A stretch of DNA of 64,000 nt from Leucoraja ocellata (GCA_036785375.1 JAWMAR010000030.1:5952001-6016000); one strand, 5' to 3'; shown: positions 38,411 to 51,812, counted from the first letter of the stretch. Notes: generated from the letters alone by a model not told the origin. Numbers and translations are program-made.

Positions 38411-40162
38411 TTCTCTGGATTATTAATGTAAACCATTGGATTGTCATCCATTTATTTAATTCTGTACTACCACTACCTCCCACTATGGCACCATTTTTGC
38501 AGAAATGCATTTGATATTTATTTTATTTTCCAAGGAGCCTGAAGTCCTTTAAGTGAGGCAGCTCTACTGGAAGAATGTGGATGGATTTCAAAACTAAGCC
38601 ACCATATCCAGTGACACAGCTATATCAAGTCACAGGGCAACAGTCTAATTTAAGAATACTGATCAGGTCACACAGATATTAGAGACTTCTGGCAGTATAA
38701 TTTTGAAACTCTCATCATCTTTTCGACGGTTACATGCAAAACTGTTCTTTCATGTCCTTATTACACTACATTCATTGGTGGCTACAAAATTAGCTCTGCT
38801 CACTCTGAGCCTGTATTTGTTAATCATCTTCTAGTTGAAGAGTGGACTGGTTATTGGCCAGCTGGTCTTTGTCGCAGAAGACAGTGCAATTTGGGCAACT
38901 GTTCGAAGCAACAAGACTTGTGACACAAGTACTTTCTCCACACATAATGTCTTTTACCCAAGCCGTCATCGCTACTATCACCACCTTCACTCTACCAATT
39001 TTCTTGGAATGATCTCTAGCAACTACCTGCACCTCCTTCAAGCTGCACATTGGATCTGAAGGCCATTCACCCTCTCAGACCTTTCTGATAATCAGTGAGA
39101 GTAGGACTGGCTTGTGACAACAGCCTCATATTTGACAATCCTTAATACCTTGTAACAGAAATGTACCAGTCAACTAACAACTGGCATTTAGCAATGTTTA
39201 CCATATTGATGTGTTTCCTCACTCCATTCCCGGCTCCAATTCTGGTTGCTCATACAAACATAGACACCGGAAACAGGGCTTTCCATTATATTACCTAGTT
39301 TTGCTCAAAGAGGTCAAGAGAAATATGAAAACATTCATGAAAGCAGGATCCTTTCTTCAGAAAACAGTGGCTCCACATTCTTTCCACAATCCAGTGTTTC
39401 ATTCATTTTCAGGGTAGAATGAACTGCACCAGCAGAATGTCAAAATGTGGTGGAAAGGTTGGGATCTGGTGGTTCCATGCTGAACTTAGTGCTATGGCAA
39501 GGGATTGCTCTTGGGTCAGAAAATTGAGTACCCCATTCTGGTCTGAAGAAGGGTCTCGACCCGAAATGTCTCTCCAGAGATGTTGCCTCACCTGCTGAGT
39601 TACTCCAGCATTTTGTGTCTATCTTTGATTTTAACCAGCATCTGCAGTTCTTTCTGGACATTTTCTACTTGGAAAAGAACTTACAACAGGCTACCCAGGT
39701 CTGAGATGGAGAAGTAGAGGAACAAGGGAGATAGAACATAAGTACTTTAGGCTACATTTATAATACACCGGCTTACTCCACATGCATGTTCAATGAAACT
39801 ACCAACAGAAATAGCCTTAGCCTGTTCCCTGGACACTTCCACAGGGTAGATCGCCAATTTCTAAATGATTGAACATCTCGGATATAATGAAGTGCAAATA
39901 CATCCATCATAGATGCGTACAGCTACGCATAGAGTAATTATTAGTTAATATTCAGAATGCAATCATCATTTTCAAAGAGATTAAGGGATATTGATTTGGG
40001 CAAAAAACGTGGTTGAATGATATTTAATGTCAGAATTGAGTGCCTAAACAGCCTTCTATTTCCATATACAAGATATATGTATTTCCTATGTTATAACTAT
40101 CCATGTGCTGCTTGCCCAGATGGTAATTGGTGAAATATTAGTCACTTGACCAAGAGTAGTCA

Positions 40163-40375
40163 CTGAATTAGGATGTGTATGAAGGAACTGCAGATGCTGG
40201 TTTAAACCAAAGATAGACACAAAATGCTCAGTAACTCTGCGGGACAGGCAGCATCTCTGATGTATGAAGTCTGAAGAAGGGTCTTAACCCGAAACGTCAC
40301 CCATTCCTTCTCTCCAGAGATGCTGCCTGTCCTGCTGAGTTACTCCAGCATTTTGTGTCTATCGCTGAATTAGGA
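40163..40375. mobile_element. Fold-back Penelope terminal-repeat mini-insertion with 11-bp TSD
   Basis: ctgaattagga at 40163-40173 and 40365-40375; contains CTGAAGAagggtcttaacccGAAACGTC. Confidence 0.85.
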
Positions 40376-41044
40376 AATGGTTTTGCAGATCTGGGAACAC
40401 GACCTCATGCTGCTCTCAATGGATGGAAAGAGGTTTTGAAATTGAAAGTGCAGAAAACATTAGCAGGGAGAACCATGCTGAATTGCTCCACAGTTTGTCT
40501 GTTTCTAAATTTGACAGAGGTCATTTAGCCCATAATTTCCCCACCGCATATGAGAAACAATTTAGTCCCACTTTCCACCCTTTTCCAAAGAAAGCTGCAT
40601 ATCAATCTACTTCCAGTGTCTATCAATTTTTCTTTTAAAAGTTTGTATGGGACTAGCTCAAAGGATCCATATCTTCAAAGCCCTAATTGTAAAGAAGTAT
40701 CCCCTCCATTCCCATTGCCATTGTTTTTAATCTGTTCATTTTGGCTAACCACCACACTGGCAGAAAAAATAATTCTCACTTCCTTATTGCACCACGGCTC
40801 TTTGCCATTTGGAACCCATGTTCCCTCCTGCTGTGAGCAGAACAGTCCCGGCACATCTAATTAGATAACAGATAAAGTACTTCATCATTGATAATTCTCT
40901 TTATTTCCTCCATATAGCTGACATGCTTCCTAAAGTCCGGCAGCAAGTATTTCAGCAATGACCTAAGAAGCAATGTATAAAAGTGTGGCGTTGCTTTGTT
41001 TTCACATTCAATGCAAAATAAGTATTCCATGGACTTTTCCAACC

Positions 41045-41243
41045 ACCCTGATCAATTTCAGTACAAAGTGCTGGAATAACTCAGCGAGTCAGGCAGCAAC
41101 TCTGGAGAACATGGATAGGTTCTCCAGAGATTCATGTTCTCTAGAGATGCTGCCTGACCCGCTGAGTCCGTTTTCATTCCCTTGCACTTTGTGTCCTTGT
41201 TTGTAAACCAGTATCTGCAGTTCCTTGTTTCTACCCTGATCAA
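41045..41243. mobile_element. Fold-back Penelope terminal-repeat mini-insertion with 11-bp TSD
   Basis: accctgatcaa at 41045-41055 and 41233-41243 flanks inverted arms; the core is deleted. Confidence 0.8.
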
Positions 41244-41509
41244 CTTGCCCTGCATCAACAAAGAGTTGTATCGTTGATTCCCTGGTGTCCTCTGATCGAG
41301 CACATGCTCAAATCAAACCAAATTACACTGCTCCTCCATGTTGTTATTCCCAAAGAGAACCATTTCACATTGATTTGTATACTGTATATTGGCTCACATT
41401 ACCAAGATTCATATCAACTGTAAACTTTGAAATTAAATTCTCTGAACACAAATAATAAACAAAAAACATTGGTCCTACTATTAATCCCAGGAAAACTCCA
41501 AAACCAGAC

Positions 41510-41981
41510 GGATTCCTGGGATGTCAGGACTGTCTTATGAAGAAAGACTGGATAGACTTGGTTTATACTCTCTAGAATTTAGGAGATTGAGAGGGATCAT
41601 ATAGAAACTTACAAAATTCTTAAGGGGTTGGACAGGCTAGATGCAGGAAGATTGTTCCCGATGTTGGGGAAGTCCAGGACAAGGGGTCACAGCTTAAGGA
41701 TAAGGGGGAAATCCTTTAAAACCGAGATGAGGAGAACTTTTTTCACACAGAGAGTGGTGAATCTCTGGAACTCTCTGCCACAGAGGGTAGTTGAGGCCAG
41801 TTCATTGGCTATATTTAAGAGGGAGTTAGATGTGGCCCTTGTGGCCAAGGGGATCAGAGGGTATGGAGAGAAGGCAGGTACGGGATACTGAGTTGGATGA
41901 TCAGCCATGATCATATTAAATGGCGGTGCAGGCTCGAAGGGCCGAATGGCCTACTCCTGCACCTAATTTCTATGTTTCTAT
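41510..41981 (+). mobile_element. Young CR1 LINE 3' fragment
   Basis: IPGMSGLSYEERLDRLGLYSLEFRR...RTRGHSLRI...FFTQRVVNLWNSLP; 3' UTR ends in (tttctatg)n. Confidence 0.93.
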
Positions 41982-42489
41982 ATTTTACTTCATTCAGAAA
42001 TAAAATCACCATGATCATTGCCTCCTATCTCAAGACAATTATGTGGCCATGTTATCTCTTTAAAAACATAAGTTTCAGTTTTTTGATTAATTCTGATGTG
42101 GTCACTCATGCACTTTGGTTACTCATGAAGTGCCTTTCGGAGGTCCATATGTGTATCTATTGTACTTGTTCACTGTCACTTCTTCAATCTCTTGGGTAAC
42201 TCAATGCATGTAAAAACAATCATATACTAGCTTCTTGGAGGAATTCACTATAAGAAACCACTTTGGTGCCTGGACAAATTCTGTTAGAATTTGGAAGGAA
42301 CCAAATGATGCAAATAAAGAAAAAGAGACAGAAAACAAAACTTCATTCGTTTACGTACCTTTAAACTTAGAGCAATGATACCACACAGAAGCAGGTCCTT
42401 CAGCTCATCGAGACCATACCGATCATTAACCACACAATTTTGCACAACAGATTCTATCACTAACTTACACATTAATCTAATCTAATTAA

Positions 42490-42660
42490 TCTAGCAACTT
42501 GCATGTCATTAAGATGTGGGAGAAAATCCAAGCACCAGAGAAAACCCCATGCAGTCAGAAGAGAACATCCAAATTCCACATGGATGGGAAGCAAGATCAG
42601 GATTGAATCTGGTCTCTGGTGCTAAGGCTGTGGGTCAACTAGCTGTGCCACTGTGCCTAA
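42490..42660 (-). mobile_element. Decayed V-SINE
   Basis: gatgtgggagaaaatccaagcaccagagaaaacccca...caggattgaatctgg is the antisense V-domain and B-box. A similar remnant lies at about 18400-18530. Confidence 0.6.
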
Positions 42661-43287
42661 TAGTTTCTCATGAGTTGAACACCTCAAATTAAACTGGGCC
42701 GCAACCTCTTCAGTTCCAAAGTAAACAATGCTGGCCTGACTGGTCTCCCCATGTAACTATAATTCTTTAATACCAGCCTGGTAAAACCATAGTACATTTC
42801 CTCAGAACTCTTCTCTTGAGCTATCGCACCCTTTGTGATAGCGCCCTCTCCCTTGGGTGCAGCTCTGATCCCATTAGCAGGCTGACTGACCAAGAGAGAC
42901 CAATCCCAAGAATGATGGCTATCGTTGGCCACTTTTTAGCTACTCTCTTTCAAACCCAGGATTTCAAGCCAGAGAGGGAGATTGTGACAAGGGAGAGGAT
43001 GAGAGAGGAAGCAGAAGAGGAAGTGGAAGAAGGAGAAGGAAGATGGGAGGAAGGGAAACAAAGTGGGCTGCCTCCCTCCCAATTGTGTTCTCCTGTTGCA
43101 GTTACGAGGAAGACCGAGCCACTGGGACAGACCCGAACCCACCAGTGCCACTGTGTAGTTCAGATTAGACCATCAGGAAAGAAGCCCTAATTAGCCAGCA
43201 CCTCTACCTGTGGCTAAGACTGAGTGGCTAGGGCAAGCCTGAGTTGCCAGAATCTCCACCTGCCCACAGACAACGAGGGACTGCACC

Positions 43288-43313
43288 CACACACACACAC
43301 ACACACACACACA
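43288..43313 (+). repeat. (CA)n microsatellite
   Basis: About 13 CA units. Confidence 0.9.
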
Positions 43314-44278
43314 GAGGCAAAGACTGGCTGCCGGAATAATCCAGATACCTCCAGTGTCGCCTCTCCAAACCCAACGTTGAGCTGCCAGGAAGAATCCTGT
43401 ACCATCAGCAGCTCCTCTCGAGGCAGGGGCGAACTGCAGGTAGAAGCCTGAAATCGCCAAGCTTCCTCCTTCAAAGACCAGGCCTAAGCTGCTGGGACAA
43501 GCCCGAGATTGCCAACATCATCGCACGTGCACTCTGATGGCAAGGGGCAGTGCCCCCATGGAGTCCTGGACTTGCTTACCACTAATGGACTAAACCATGT
43601 GAGTTCACCCTATTGCGAGTGTCAATGTGGTCACTGGCGAACCATGGACCTGAATTGTACATATTACCCTAACTGTATCCTAAGTCTTTTTTTTTCAGTT
43701 CCAGCATTGCCTTTCTACTCTTATACTGTCTGTCTGAAACACTTAAGGCAAGTATCACTAATCCCTACTTTATTACCTTCTGTTGACGTGCACTCCCAAA
43801 ATCCCAGTTTTTCTCAACTTATTTTTTGTATATGCTATTTTTCATTGTGACCCCATTAGTTGTTTGCCCTATTCCCAGGCATTATTTTACACTAATCCTG
43901 ACTGAATTACATTTGCCTCTTTTATGCCCATTAAACTTTCATGATCTCTATGATATTCTTCTTCACTATTAGCCCCACTACCTGTTTTGGAATCATTGGC
44001 TAAGTCCACAATCACAGTTCTGCATTTAAATCCCAGATATCCATGTATGTTGCAAAGACAAAGGAACCCTGTGAAATCTTTCTGTTGCAGCCCCCCAGTC
44101 ACTTAAACTTTAATACTCTTTCCTTTCTCCCACTGAAAAAAAAATGTAATCCAAGAGCCACCATTTTTTTGGGACCACGTAGTCATTCACATTATAATCA
44201 ATCTGCCTTGTAGGGTTTTGTAAAATATCTGCAAAATTCTGTGAAAAGTACGTCAAAATCACTATCCTCATGCACACA

Positions 44279-44530
44279 GGGTGGTACAGTAGCGTAGCTG
44301 GTAGCGTTTTTGCCTCACAGCGCCATACACCCGGGTTCGATCCTGACCTCTGGTGCTGTCTGTGTGGAGTTAGCATGTTTTCCCTGTAACTGTGTGGGTT
44401 TCCTTCCCACGCACTGGTTTCCTCCCACATCCCAAACATGTGTAGGTTTGTAGGTTAATTGGCCTCTTGTGAAATTGTCCCTAATATGGGAGTGGATGCG
44501 AAAGTGGGATTACATAGAAGTAGCGAGAAC
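44279..44530 (+). mobile_element. HE1/V-SINE
   Basis: tRNA-like head with cccgggttcgatcctgacc and V-domain gtgtggagttagcatgttttccctgt...ggtttcctcccaca. Confidence 0.85.
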
Positions 44531-44768
44531 TGGGATTGAGCAGGGAGGATTTTCACTTCAGACAGAGTCGATTTCATACCCATATGCTACATCTGCCCCC
44601 ACATCTCTCCCATCCTTTCTATCCATATCCTACTCCCTTGTTTTCATTTCCTGCAATTGGACAGATAATCAACCAAAGGAGAAGAGGTTAAACATCTCCG
44701 TCAATGTGATTTAATTACTGGGTAACTAATTCTTACACCTTCTGTTCACTTTAAGTCAGGAACCTCAC

Positions 44769-44958
44769 CTGTTGAAACACTTGTAGGCATGAAGTTTGGT
44801 TGCAGAACCTGGTAACGCCATGTGCAGATTCATGGTGGACTTCAGATCCGCATCATTCCCCATGGCCTGTTCCCAAGGTGATAAGTAGGTTTTGATTACC
44901 GATGTGTGCTTTTTGCCTCCTGCTCCAGCTCCCTTCCCATCTTCACCACCACCACCAC
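44769..44958 (-). CDS. MYOZ1: Myozenin-1 coding exon 4 of 5 (GGGGGEDGKGAGAGGKKHTSVIKTYLSPWEQAMG...YKCFNR)
   Basis: KTY.SPWE.AMG and YK.FNR calsarcin motifs. Acceptor ctccctgacag| (phase 1), donor AG|GTGAGG (phase 2); 190 nt. Confidence 0.96.
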
Positions 44959-46149
44959 CTGTCAGGGAGCAAACAGCACAGTAAAACATGAGCAGCTGAG
45001 CAATCATGCATTTAAACATGATGCCAGTTTAACATTCCTGATCGTGCCACTTTAACATTCACATAATCCTGATCACCAGGAGACCAGAGACGAAAGATTA
45101 CCAGTACCCATTAATGTGACTCTACACAGTGCAATTGGATTTACACAGTCCCTGGGCATTTAAGGATAGAACATGAACTAGATGTTGGAGTAGGTTATAT
45201 GATTCCAGGAATGATGGAGTTGCCTTATGATGAAAGATTACGTAAGATTTGCCAGTGTTAAGAAAAATGAGATGTGATTTAAGTGGGACATTCTGACTGG
45301 GATTGACATGATAGATATAGGAACAGTTTCCTTGGTGAATCTAAAATGAGGCGGCCAAGTAATTGGGCGTTTTTAAAGTGGCAATTGACAGATTCTTGGT
45401 CAGTAAGCTGAATGGGGTTGCGAGGGAAAGATAGACTAACTATGACTGAATGGCAGAGTAGACTCGATGGACCGAATGATCTAATTCTGCTCCTATGATT
45501 TATCAACTTTATGTCTAATTTCATTGGCTACTCATGAGTCAAATCATCAATATGGCTCCCTGAACACTTGAGACCAATTATCCGAGGGGGCCTGCAGCTA
45601 AATACAATCATAAGCAAGCTGTAGATTGATAATTCATTTCCTATTCTCCAGAGAGTGAGGCCAAGGACCAAAATCTGGAGTTGTTACGAAGCCTTTTCAG
45701 GTAGCTTGCTCAAGTCCCATCTGTCGATTGGCCTGCAGCAGCTCGACTCAAGGAGAAGACCCAACATTGTCTTCACATTAGTTCAGCAGGGATTTAAATA
45801 TGCCATTGTCACTGCCAGTCACACTCCCAACGATGTCCAGAAAAATATGCTTCCTTTTTGTTACCAATTGGTCGAAGGATAAGAATTACTTCACTTTTCT
45901 TCACAAGTTCTTCACAAATAATAAATTCTATGAAAATCCTGACAAAAAAAAAAAGCAATTCTGGAAAATATATGAAGCAGTTCAATCCATTCATAACTAA
46001 GAAACAATTCCAAAATAAGTTAGTTGGCTGCAAACTGTTGCTGGGATATTTTGAAGTTTTGAAAGACACCATAAGATCCATTTTACTTCCTAACTTTGCA
46101 TACATTGGTCTAGGTTAACATTACTGTTGCTGTTTCTTGGCCAGACAAA

Positions 46150-46727
46150 TCGGTGCTCCATTGAGAGCATACTAACATACTGTGTATGCGTGTGGTACAC
46201 CAGCTGCACATCGGCTCAGAGGAAAGCGCTCCAGAGGGCCATTGACAACGCCCAGAGGATTGTCGGCTGCTCTCTCCTTACCTTGGAGGACTTACACAGT
46301 TCCCGCTGCACCAAAAAAACCCAGAATATCATAAAGGACATTTCCCACCCCGGACACTCCCTATTTGAACTGTTGCCGTCAGGCAGACGGTACAGATCTA
46401 CAAGGACAAGGACAAATAGACTAAAAAACAGTTTTTACCCCACTGCTATAAAAGCACTAAATGTAGCCGCCAAGGAACGCAGGGGCGATACAGACTAAGG
46501 GACTGTGGTAACTGTGGAATCGACAGAAGGATGGAGGGTTGGGTGTGTATGCGTGCTTTGTTCGTGATATTTATTTAGTTGTTTATCTTTAATATTTTAA
46601 ATTGTATGTATCGTTAGCTTTTAGAAATGTTTGAATGCTGCACTGACTGGCTGACATTTTAAATTTCGTTGTACATGGTTCATGTTACAATGACAATAAA
46701 GAAACTATTCTATTCTATTCTATTCTA
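46150..46727 (+). mobile_element. Rex1/Babar LINE 3' fragment
   Basis: RCSIESILTYCVCVWY...LQRAIDNAQRIVG...KDISHPGHSLFELLPSGRRYRS..TNRLKNSFYP; aataaa plus (tattc)n tail. Confidence 0.92.
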
Positions 46728-47179
46728 AATACAATTTTAATTAATTCAGTGCCTGAGCTTCATACAAGTTTTAAATTACTTTCAAATTGGTTAGCATCTT
46801 TATTTTCTGAGCAGCTCTGCTCACTGTGTAAAATGTAGACATGTCATCTAATACTCAAGCCACATGGATGCCTCATTCTCATTGGCATTTCCAAGCCTTC
46901 TGTAGACTGTGGGGTCACTAGAATGGTGACTCTTCGGAGATAGATTGACCTCTCTCACTCCAAGACACAACAAAACTGCCCCTTGGTTTTTCCATCTATT
47001 ATCCCCATTAATCCCTCCCTCTAATTCAAACATGTATCATGAGTTGAATTAGACTCTGACAGGTGAACAGCTTCAGAGAACCTCACATGTTTACTGACAA
47101 GGCTCAAGGGTGATTTCCTCAGGACACTTTCTGCAAAGCTATTTGGTTTTGTTGGGGTGAATCTCGCTCACATGCTTAC

Positions 47180-47432
47180 CATGAACCCCACTTCCCGCTG
47201 CACCTCCAGCCTCACCGCTTCCTCCTTCTCCCTGGCCACTTCCATGTTTTCCAATGATCCCGGAGACAGCAGCAAGATGCTGAGGTTTGGGGTATGGCGC
47301 TGGTGCTGTGCCCTTTCCATATGTACCATGGTGGCTGTACCCACTTTGGAATTTGGAGTCCATTATCTGAACACCACCTGGCCCAGTCGTCAGCAGAACA
47401 CCAGAGCCAGGAAGGTATTTCTGAAAGTTTTC
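47180..47432 (-). CDS. MYOZ1: Myozenin-1 coding exon 3 of 5 (ENFQKYLP...Gly-rich region)
   Basis: ENFQKYLP corresponds to MYOZ1 DHFQKFLP and is followed by a Gly-rich segment. Acceptor attttccag| (phase 0), donor G|GTAAGC (phase 1); 253 nt. Confidence 0.92.
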
Positions 47433-47679
47433 CTGGAAAATTAAAATAGCAAAGAAAGAAAACAAGAAACTTTTAAACTTTTAAATGGATTTGTGAAAGA
47501 TATACTGTAAGTAGTGCATCCATTTTTATTGATTACCTCAATAGCTATTCATTTTAGCATTCTATTATACAAGCCATCGGACCAGGAAATAATCAGTCAT
47601 TCAACCCATTAGTTGGCCTCATTCTAAATCTCTTGTGATGGTGAGGGTATTTAATTTCTCCCTTCATCATTCAGTATTA

Positions 47680-48480
47680 TTGGAATGTTGTAGTATCTTC
47701 CACTATAAAAATGGGTGCAAAGTCTCCGTTTAATTCATCTGCCACGTCTTTCTACCTCAAAACTATTTGACAAGCTCATTCTTTAAGGGGCCAAATGATC
47801 AGGGACTTGATTCTTCCTTTAAGAACCTCTTATTGTCCAGGTTTACACTCCCATATATTTTCGCTCGTAGTATATTTCCTCCATTTATTATAATGATTGG
47901 CCTCCTTTGCCTGATGTCGAATGTATTCCAGTCTTCAAGTCCATTGCTGATGTTTGCCTCTATATGTTTTCTCTTTAAATACCTTTGTTCAATTTCTTGG
48001 TTAGCTCTGCTTGGTTCATCCTTTCCATGGAAATGTTTCTCCTTGCTATGATTAATCTGCTGAGTAGTTATGAATTACCTTCTTACCCATTTGCCTTTAT
48101 CATCAATTGTCTTCCCCATTAATTTATCAGTCCAGTCAACGATAGCCTATTAAATCCACATTCATTGCAATTCCTTCCTTTAAGTTAAACACAACTGTTT
48201 CTGACCCAAATTTCTCCCTCCCAAATTAATCACAAAATATTATCATACTATGATCTTTTACACTGTGGTTATTAATTAAAAACCTGCTACATTACTTATT
48301 ATCAGATCCAAGGTGACCTGTTTTTTGCTGGCTCTGCAATATATTCTTCTAAAAAATGATCCCAAATGCACTCCATGAATTCATTATCTTGACTCTTTTT
48401 TTCCAACTTTATTAATTCAATCTGCATGACGACGTATGTTACTCATCATTTCATATACTTCTATCCGGTCTCCCCTCAGC
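47680..48480 (-). mobile_element. Old CR1 ORF2 internal fragments
   Basis: atcagatccaaggt (antisense of LDL), ctatcatactatgatc-like DH motif and gcaaagtctccgtttaattcatctgcc are typical of the CR1 endonuclease/linker region; heavily decayed. Confidence 0.45.
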
Positions 48481-48747
48481 CTAATCTTCTTCTTGGATTA
48501 AAATTCTATACATTTTAATTTAGACCAAACCCAATATGGTGCTAAAACTAATTTATGCATCAACTTCAAGAGAAAAGAAAATGAATATAATACAAATTGG
48601 ATATGGGTGAAAATGAGGCTGAATATCAGTCAGATGGATTAAATCAGACCGTGAGCAGATCTGGTATGTTTGAAATTGTGATACAAGTTGGCATTGTGTA
48701 AAGTATGCTTGCAAAACATTCAACATGGCTTAAAATCAGGAGTGAAG

Positions 48748-49008
48748 TATATAATACAGAAGGTACACAAAAATGCTGGAGAAACTCAGCGGGTGCAGCA
48801 GCATTTATGGAACAAAGGAAATAGGCGACGTTTCGGGCCGAAACCCTTCTTCAGACGTCTGAGTCTGAAGAAGGGTTTCGGCCTTAAACGTTGCCTATTT
48901 CCTTCGCTCCATGGATGCTGCTGCACCCGCTGAGTTTCTCCAGCATTTTTGTGTACCTTCGATCTTCCAGCATCTGCAGTTCCTTCTTGAACACATATAT
49001 AATGCAGA
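48748..49008. mobile_element. Young fold-back Penelope terminal-repeat insertion with ~13-bp TSD
   Basis: Near-perfect ~100-bp inverted arms meeting at ttcagac-gtctga-gtctgaa; flanks tatataatacaga (48748-48760) and tatataatgcaga (48996-49008). Confidence 0.9.
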
Positions 49009-49555
49009 GGCTGTCAGGTGCTACAAAAGCTAAGGAGTCAATTCAATATAAATTCAAGTCAAGTCAAGTTTTATTCATCACTTGCACATATCCCATATGT
49101 ATTATTTTCATTCAGTATGTCTTGGAACATGTCTCTCTCACTGAAGATAATATTATAATTGCTTTATGTATACAGTCCACTTTATAGTGATAGGTTCCCT
49201 ATTTGGTCGCTATTTCCAATGGCTATCCTATTCTTCACATTCCTCTTGTTAATGTAGTTTCAGGTTTCTCCTTTTTAACCATGATGGCGTATATATCATT
49301 GGGGTAAGGCTGGAGATATGATAACATCCTGCGGCTACTCCACGCCAGCATATAAATGGCCACATCTTGTATTGGGATTCCCTTTATCTTAAAAGGCAGA
49401 TGTTCGAAATCAGCCATTAGAAAATACACAAGAAGAGATGGAGAGGTAGCATGAGTGGGAAGGATATGTGGGAACGTGTTGTTTCAAGATTTGTTCAGAG
49501 GCAGCATTAGAGGTTGGGTTTTAACTGGTAACATCCCGAAGGAAGAAATGCCTAC

Positions 49556-49725
49556 CATCGAATCTGGGTGAAAGACGTCGGGATGTGACTCATAGATGAA
49601 CCTCTCGACCCTGATCTGCCGCTCTTTAAACATCTGCGAGCCTTTATTATTCATCAGGGACAGTTCCTCCAACATCACATCCCGAGGGATGCTGATCTTC
49701 TTCCCGAAGTTAATCTCGGCCCCGG
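49556..49725 (-). CDS. MYOZ1: Myozenin-1 coding exon 2 of 5 (AGAEINFGKKISIPRDVMLEELSLMNNKGSQMFKERQIRVERFIYE...)
   Basis: Highly conserved calsarcin N-terminal motif GKKIS.PRDVMLEELSL..N.GS.MF..RQ.RVE.FIYE. Acceptor tttctgtaacag| (phase 1), donor ATG|GTAGGC (phase 0); 170 nt. Confidence 0.97.
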
Positions 49726-50043
49726 CTGTTACAGAAAATTGTTTAAAATCGTAAAATAATTATTAGTGACAGCGAGACCCACCTTTGGCGCTGGGTATTT
49801 ATTGAACTGCGCGCCTCGCCAATTCCTCTCGCCTTGGAGGCTGAAATTACAGGCCAGCGTGGCAAATATTACAGACATTGCACTCCGTAAATCACACATA
49901 TCTTCAGCTGTTTGCATTCGCCAGCTCCAAGGACTGACGTGTACTCCTGAGAGGAGAGGGGAGATCTCTGGCTCTGCACGGGTTTTTTTAAATCAAAGTT
50001 TGCAGGAGGCTTAGATTAAGAGGATATCCAGATTAAAAGGATA

Positions 50044-50140
50044 TCTGAAGAAGGGTTTCGGCCCGAAACGTTGCCTATTTCCTTCGCTCCATAGATGCTG
50101 CCTCACCCGCTGAGTTTCTCCAGCACTTTTGTCTACCTCC
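50044..50140 (+). mobile_element. Solo Penelope terminal repeat with hammerhead-like core
   Basis: CTGAAGAagggtttcggcccGAAACGTTgcctatttccttcgctccatagatgctgc. Confidence 0.8.
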
Positions 50141-50476
50141 AAAAATATTCAATGTTTCATTGTCGGGGTGTCAATCAATCAGTGACTGGTTTATTTTTAA
50201 TCTAGGGGGAAATTAGGTGTTTATTAATAAGACGCAGCCTGCAAAACTCCTCACAGCTATTTCATATCTACCACAACTAATCATAGAAATGCCGGCATTA
50301 GGCAGAAAGGACAGTTTACCGCATTGCAAATCAGCTGTGGATAAATTCAAGCACCAAGATAAATGACCCTGTAATCCGAGTAACTGCTTCAGCTTTTTTT
50401 GGAAGAGCTTGGTATCTTTATAGGGAGGGCTGTGATCCTCGATGTGTGTGGAGAGATTCTCATGTCCAGGACCTAC

Positions 50477-50552
50477 CATCCTTCAACGTTTTTATAATGG
50501 TTCTCGACGACTTTTTCCTCTTGGAGGGCGCGGGTGTCCCAGCTAACGGCAT
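50477..50552 (-). CDS. MYOZ1: Myozenin-1 first coding exon (MPLAGTPAPSKRKKSSRTIIKTLKD)
   Basis: Matches MYOZ1 MPLSGTPAPNKKRKSS. Kozak context gaccATG; donor G|GTAGGT (phase 1). The exon begins at 50580 after ttttcttcaccctccag|, giving 28 nt of UTR. Confidence 0.93.
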
Positions 50553-51812
50553 GGTCGATGGAGTCTATCCTTTCTTGCCACTGGAGGGTGAAGAAAAGAA
50601 ACCACACTCATTGGCAATTACATTTACACCCGGGGTAACATTCCCACTAACTACTGCCAAAAGCATTCACATTTGGTCTAATTCTCATTAAGTACCCCAA
50701 AATTGGTGATTTAAGAAACACAAATGTTTTGATCTTGATATATTGAGCACATACTGAAAACATCGCAGGGAATGCATGCAAGAAAGTGAATAAAATGTTC
50801 AGTCTTATTCCTATTTTCTGCAGCCAAACATTTATTTGACAAAGATATTGAAAGAGAACAGTTGCCCTTATATTAGGTCAACCACATAAAACTCTGAACC
50901 AAAGATCCATTACTCCTTACAAATCCAGGGAGATACAACCACTGCCAAGACTATCCAACATTATCTTACTATAAGATGTTTGTGGTGACTTACCTTTTAA
51001 AAATCTGCTGGGATATTGCAGGCTCACCTCCAAGCTTGCTAAATCAAGGTCTTCATGGGATAAACTGTAGAGATTGTGCAGAAAGGATAGACTGGAGTTG
51101 TGTCTGCACAGCACCAAGTGCTGATGCAAAGTGCAGTGAATTTGATTCCAAATGTTTTTCTCGCATGTGCATCATTGAGATATATATAGTATTGAACCAA
51201 GGGTCTCAGATAGCAGAGACACCAGATAAAACCATGTATGTAAGCAGTCTTCAAACTTTGGATGTTAAGGTGGAAACAAACAAACAAAAATGGAGTGAAG
51301 GTGTGAAGAATGGCGAGGAACTGTTTTTGTGATACAGTCGCAAAGCAGTAAACTGGGGTCAGAATTTCCAAGATGTGTGTTGCTTTTTATTCAAGTAACA
51401 AAACAAAGTCTTGCTGCTCCCCTGCTGACTCGTGTACAATGGCACTGAGTATTGAAGCCAGGAAGTTGACATATTTGCTTGCTGCCCTGTGCTAAGTTAA
51501 CAGGTGCTGCCCAGGGTGGTGAGTGAGTTATTGGAAGTGTCATTGGCCCCAGCTGAGGCAAGAGCTAAATCATCGTAACTCCGGTAGAGTGGGATGGCAC
51601 CTGACTACATATGTTAGCGTAAACAATTCATCTCCACTGAAGATCTGCAGCCACATGTCAATCAGATTTCATTGATCCTGTAAACCAGCATTCATGTAAT
51701 GTCATGGACATCCTTTTTCTCACCATGGAATGCAAGAAAAGGCCATTGGAGACCATGAGCCCAGACTTTCAGAATGCATGGATCCTAGCAAGAACTGCTC
51801 TGTCATGCCTCT

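Noticed and set aside
47165-47172. Alternative donor CAT|GTGAGC 8 nt downstream of the MYOZ1 exon donor
   Set aside because: It is phase 0 and would frameshift the next phase-1 exon; G|GTAAGC keeps the frame.
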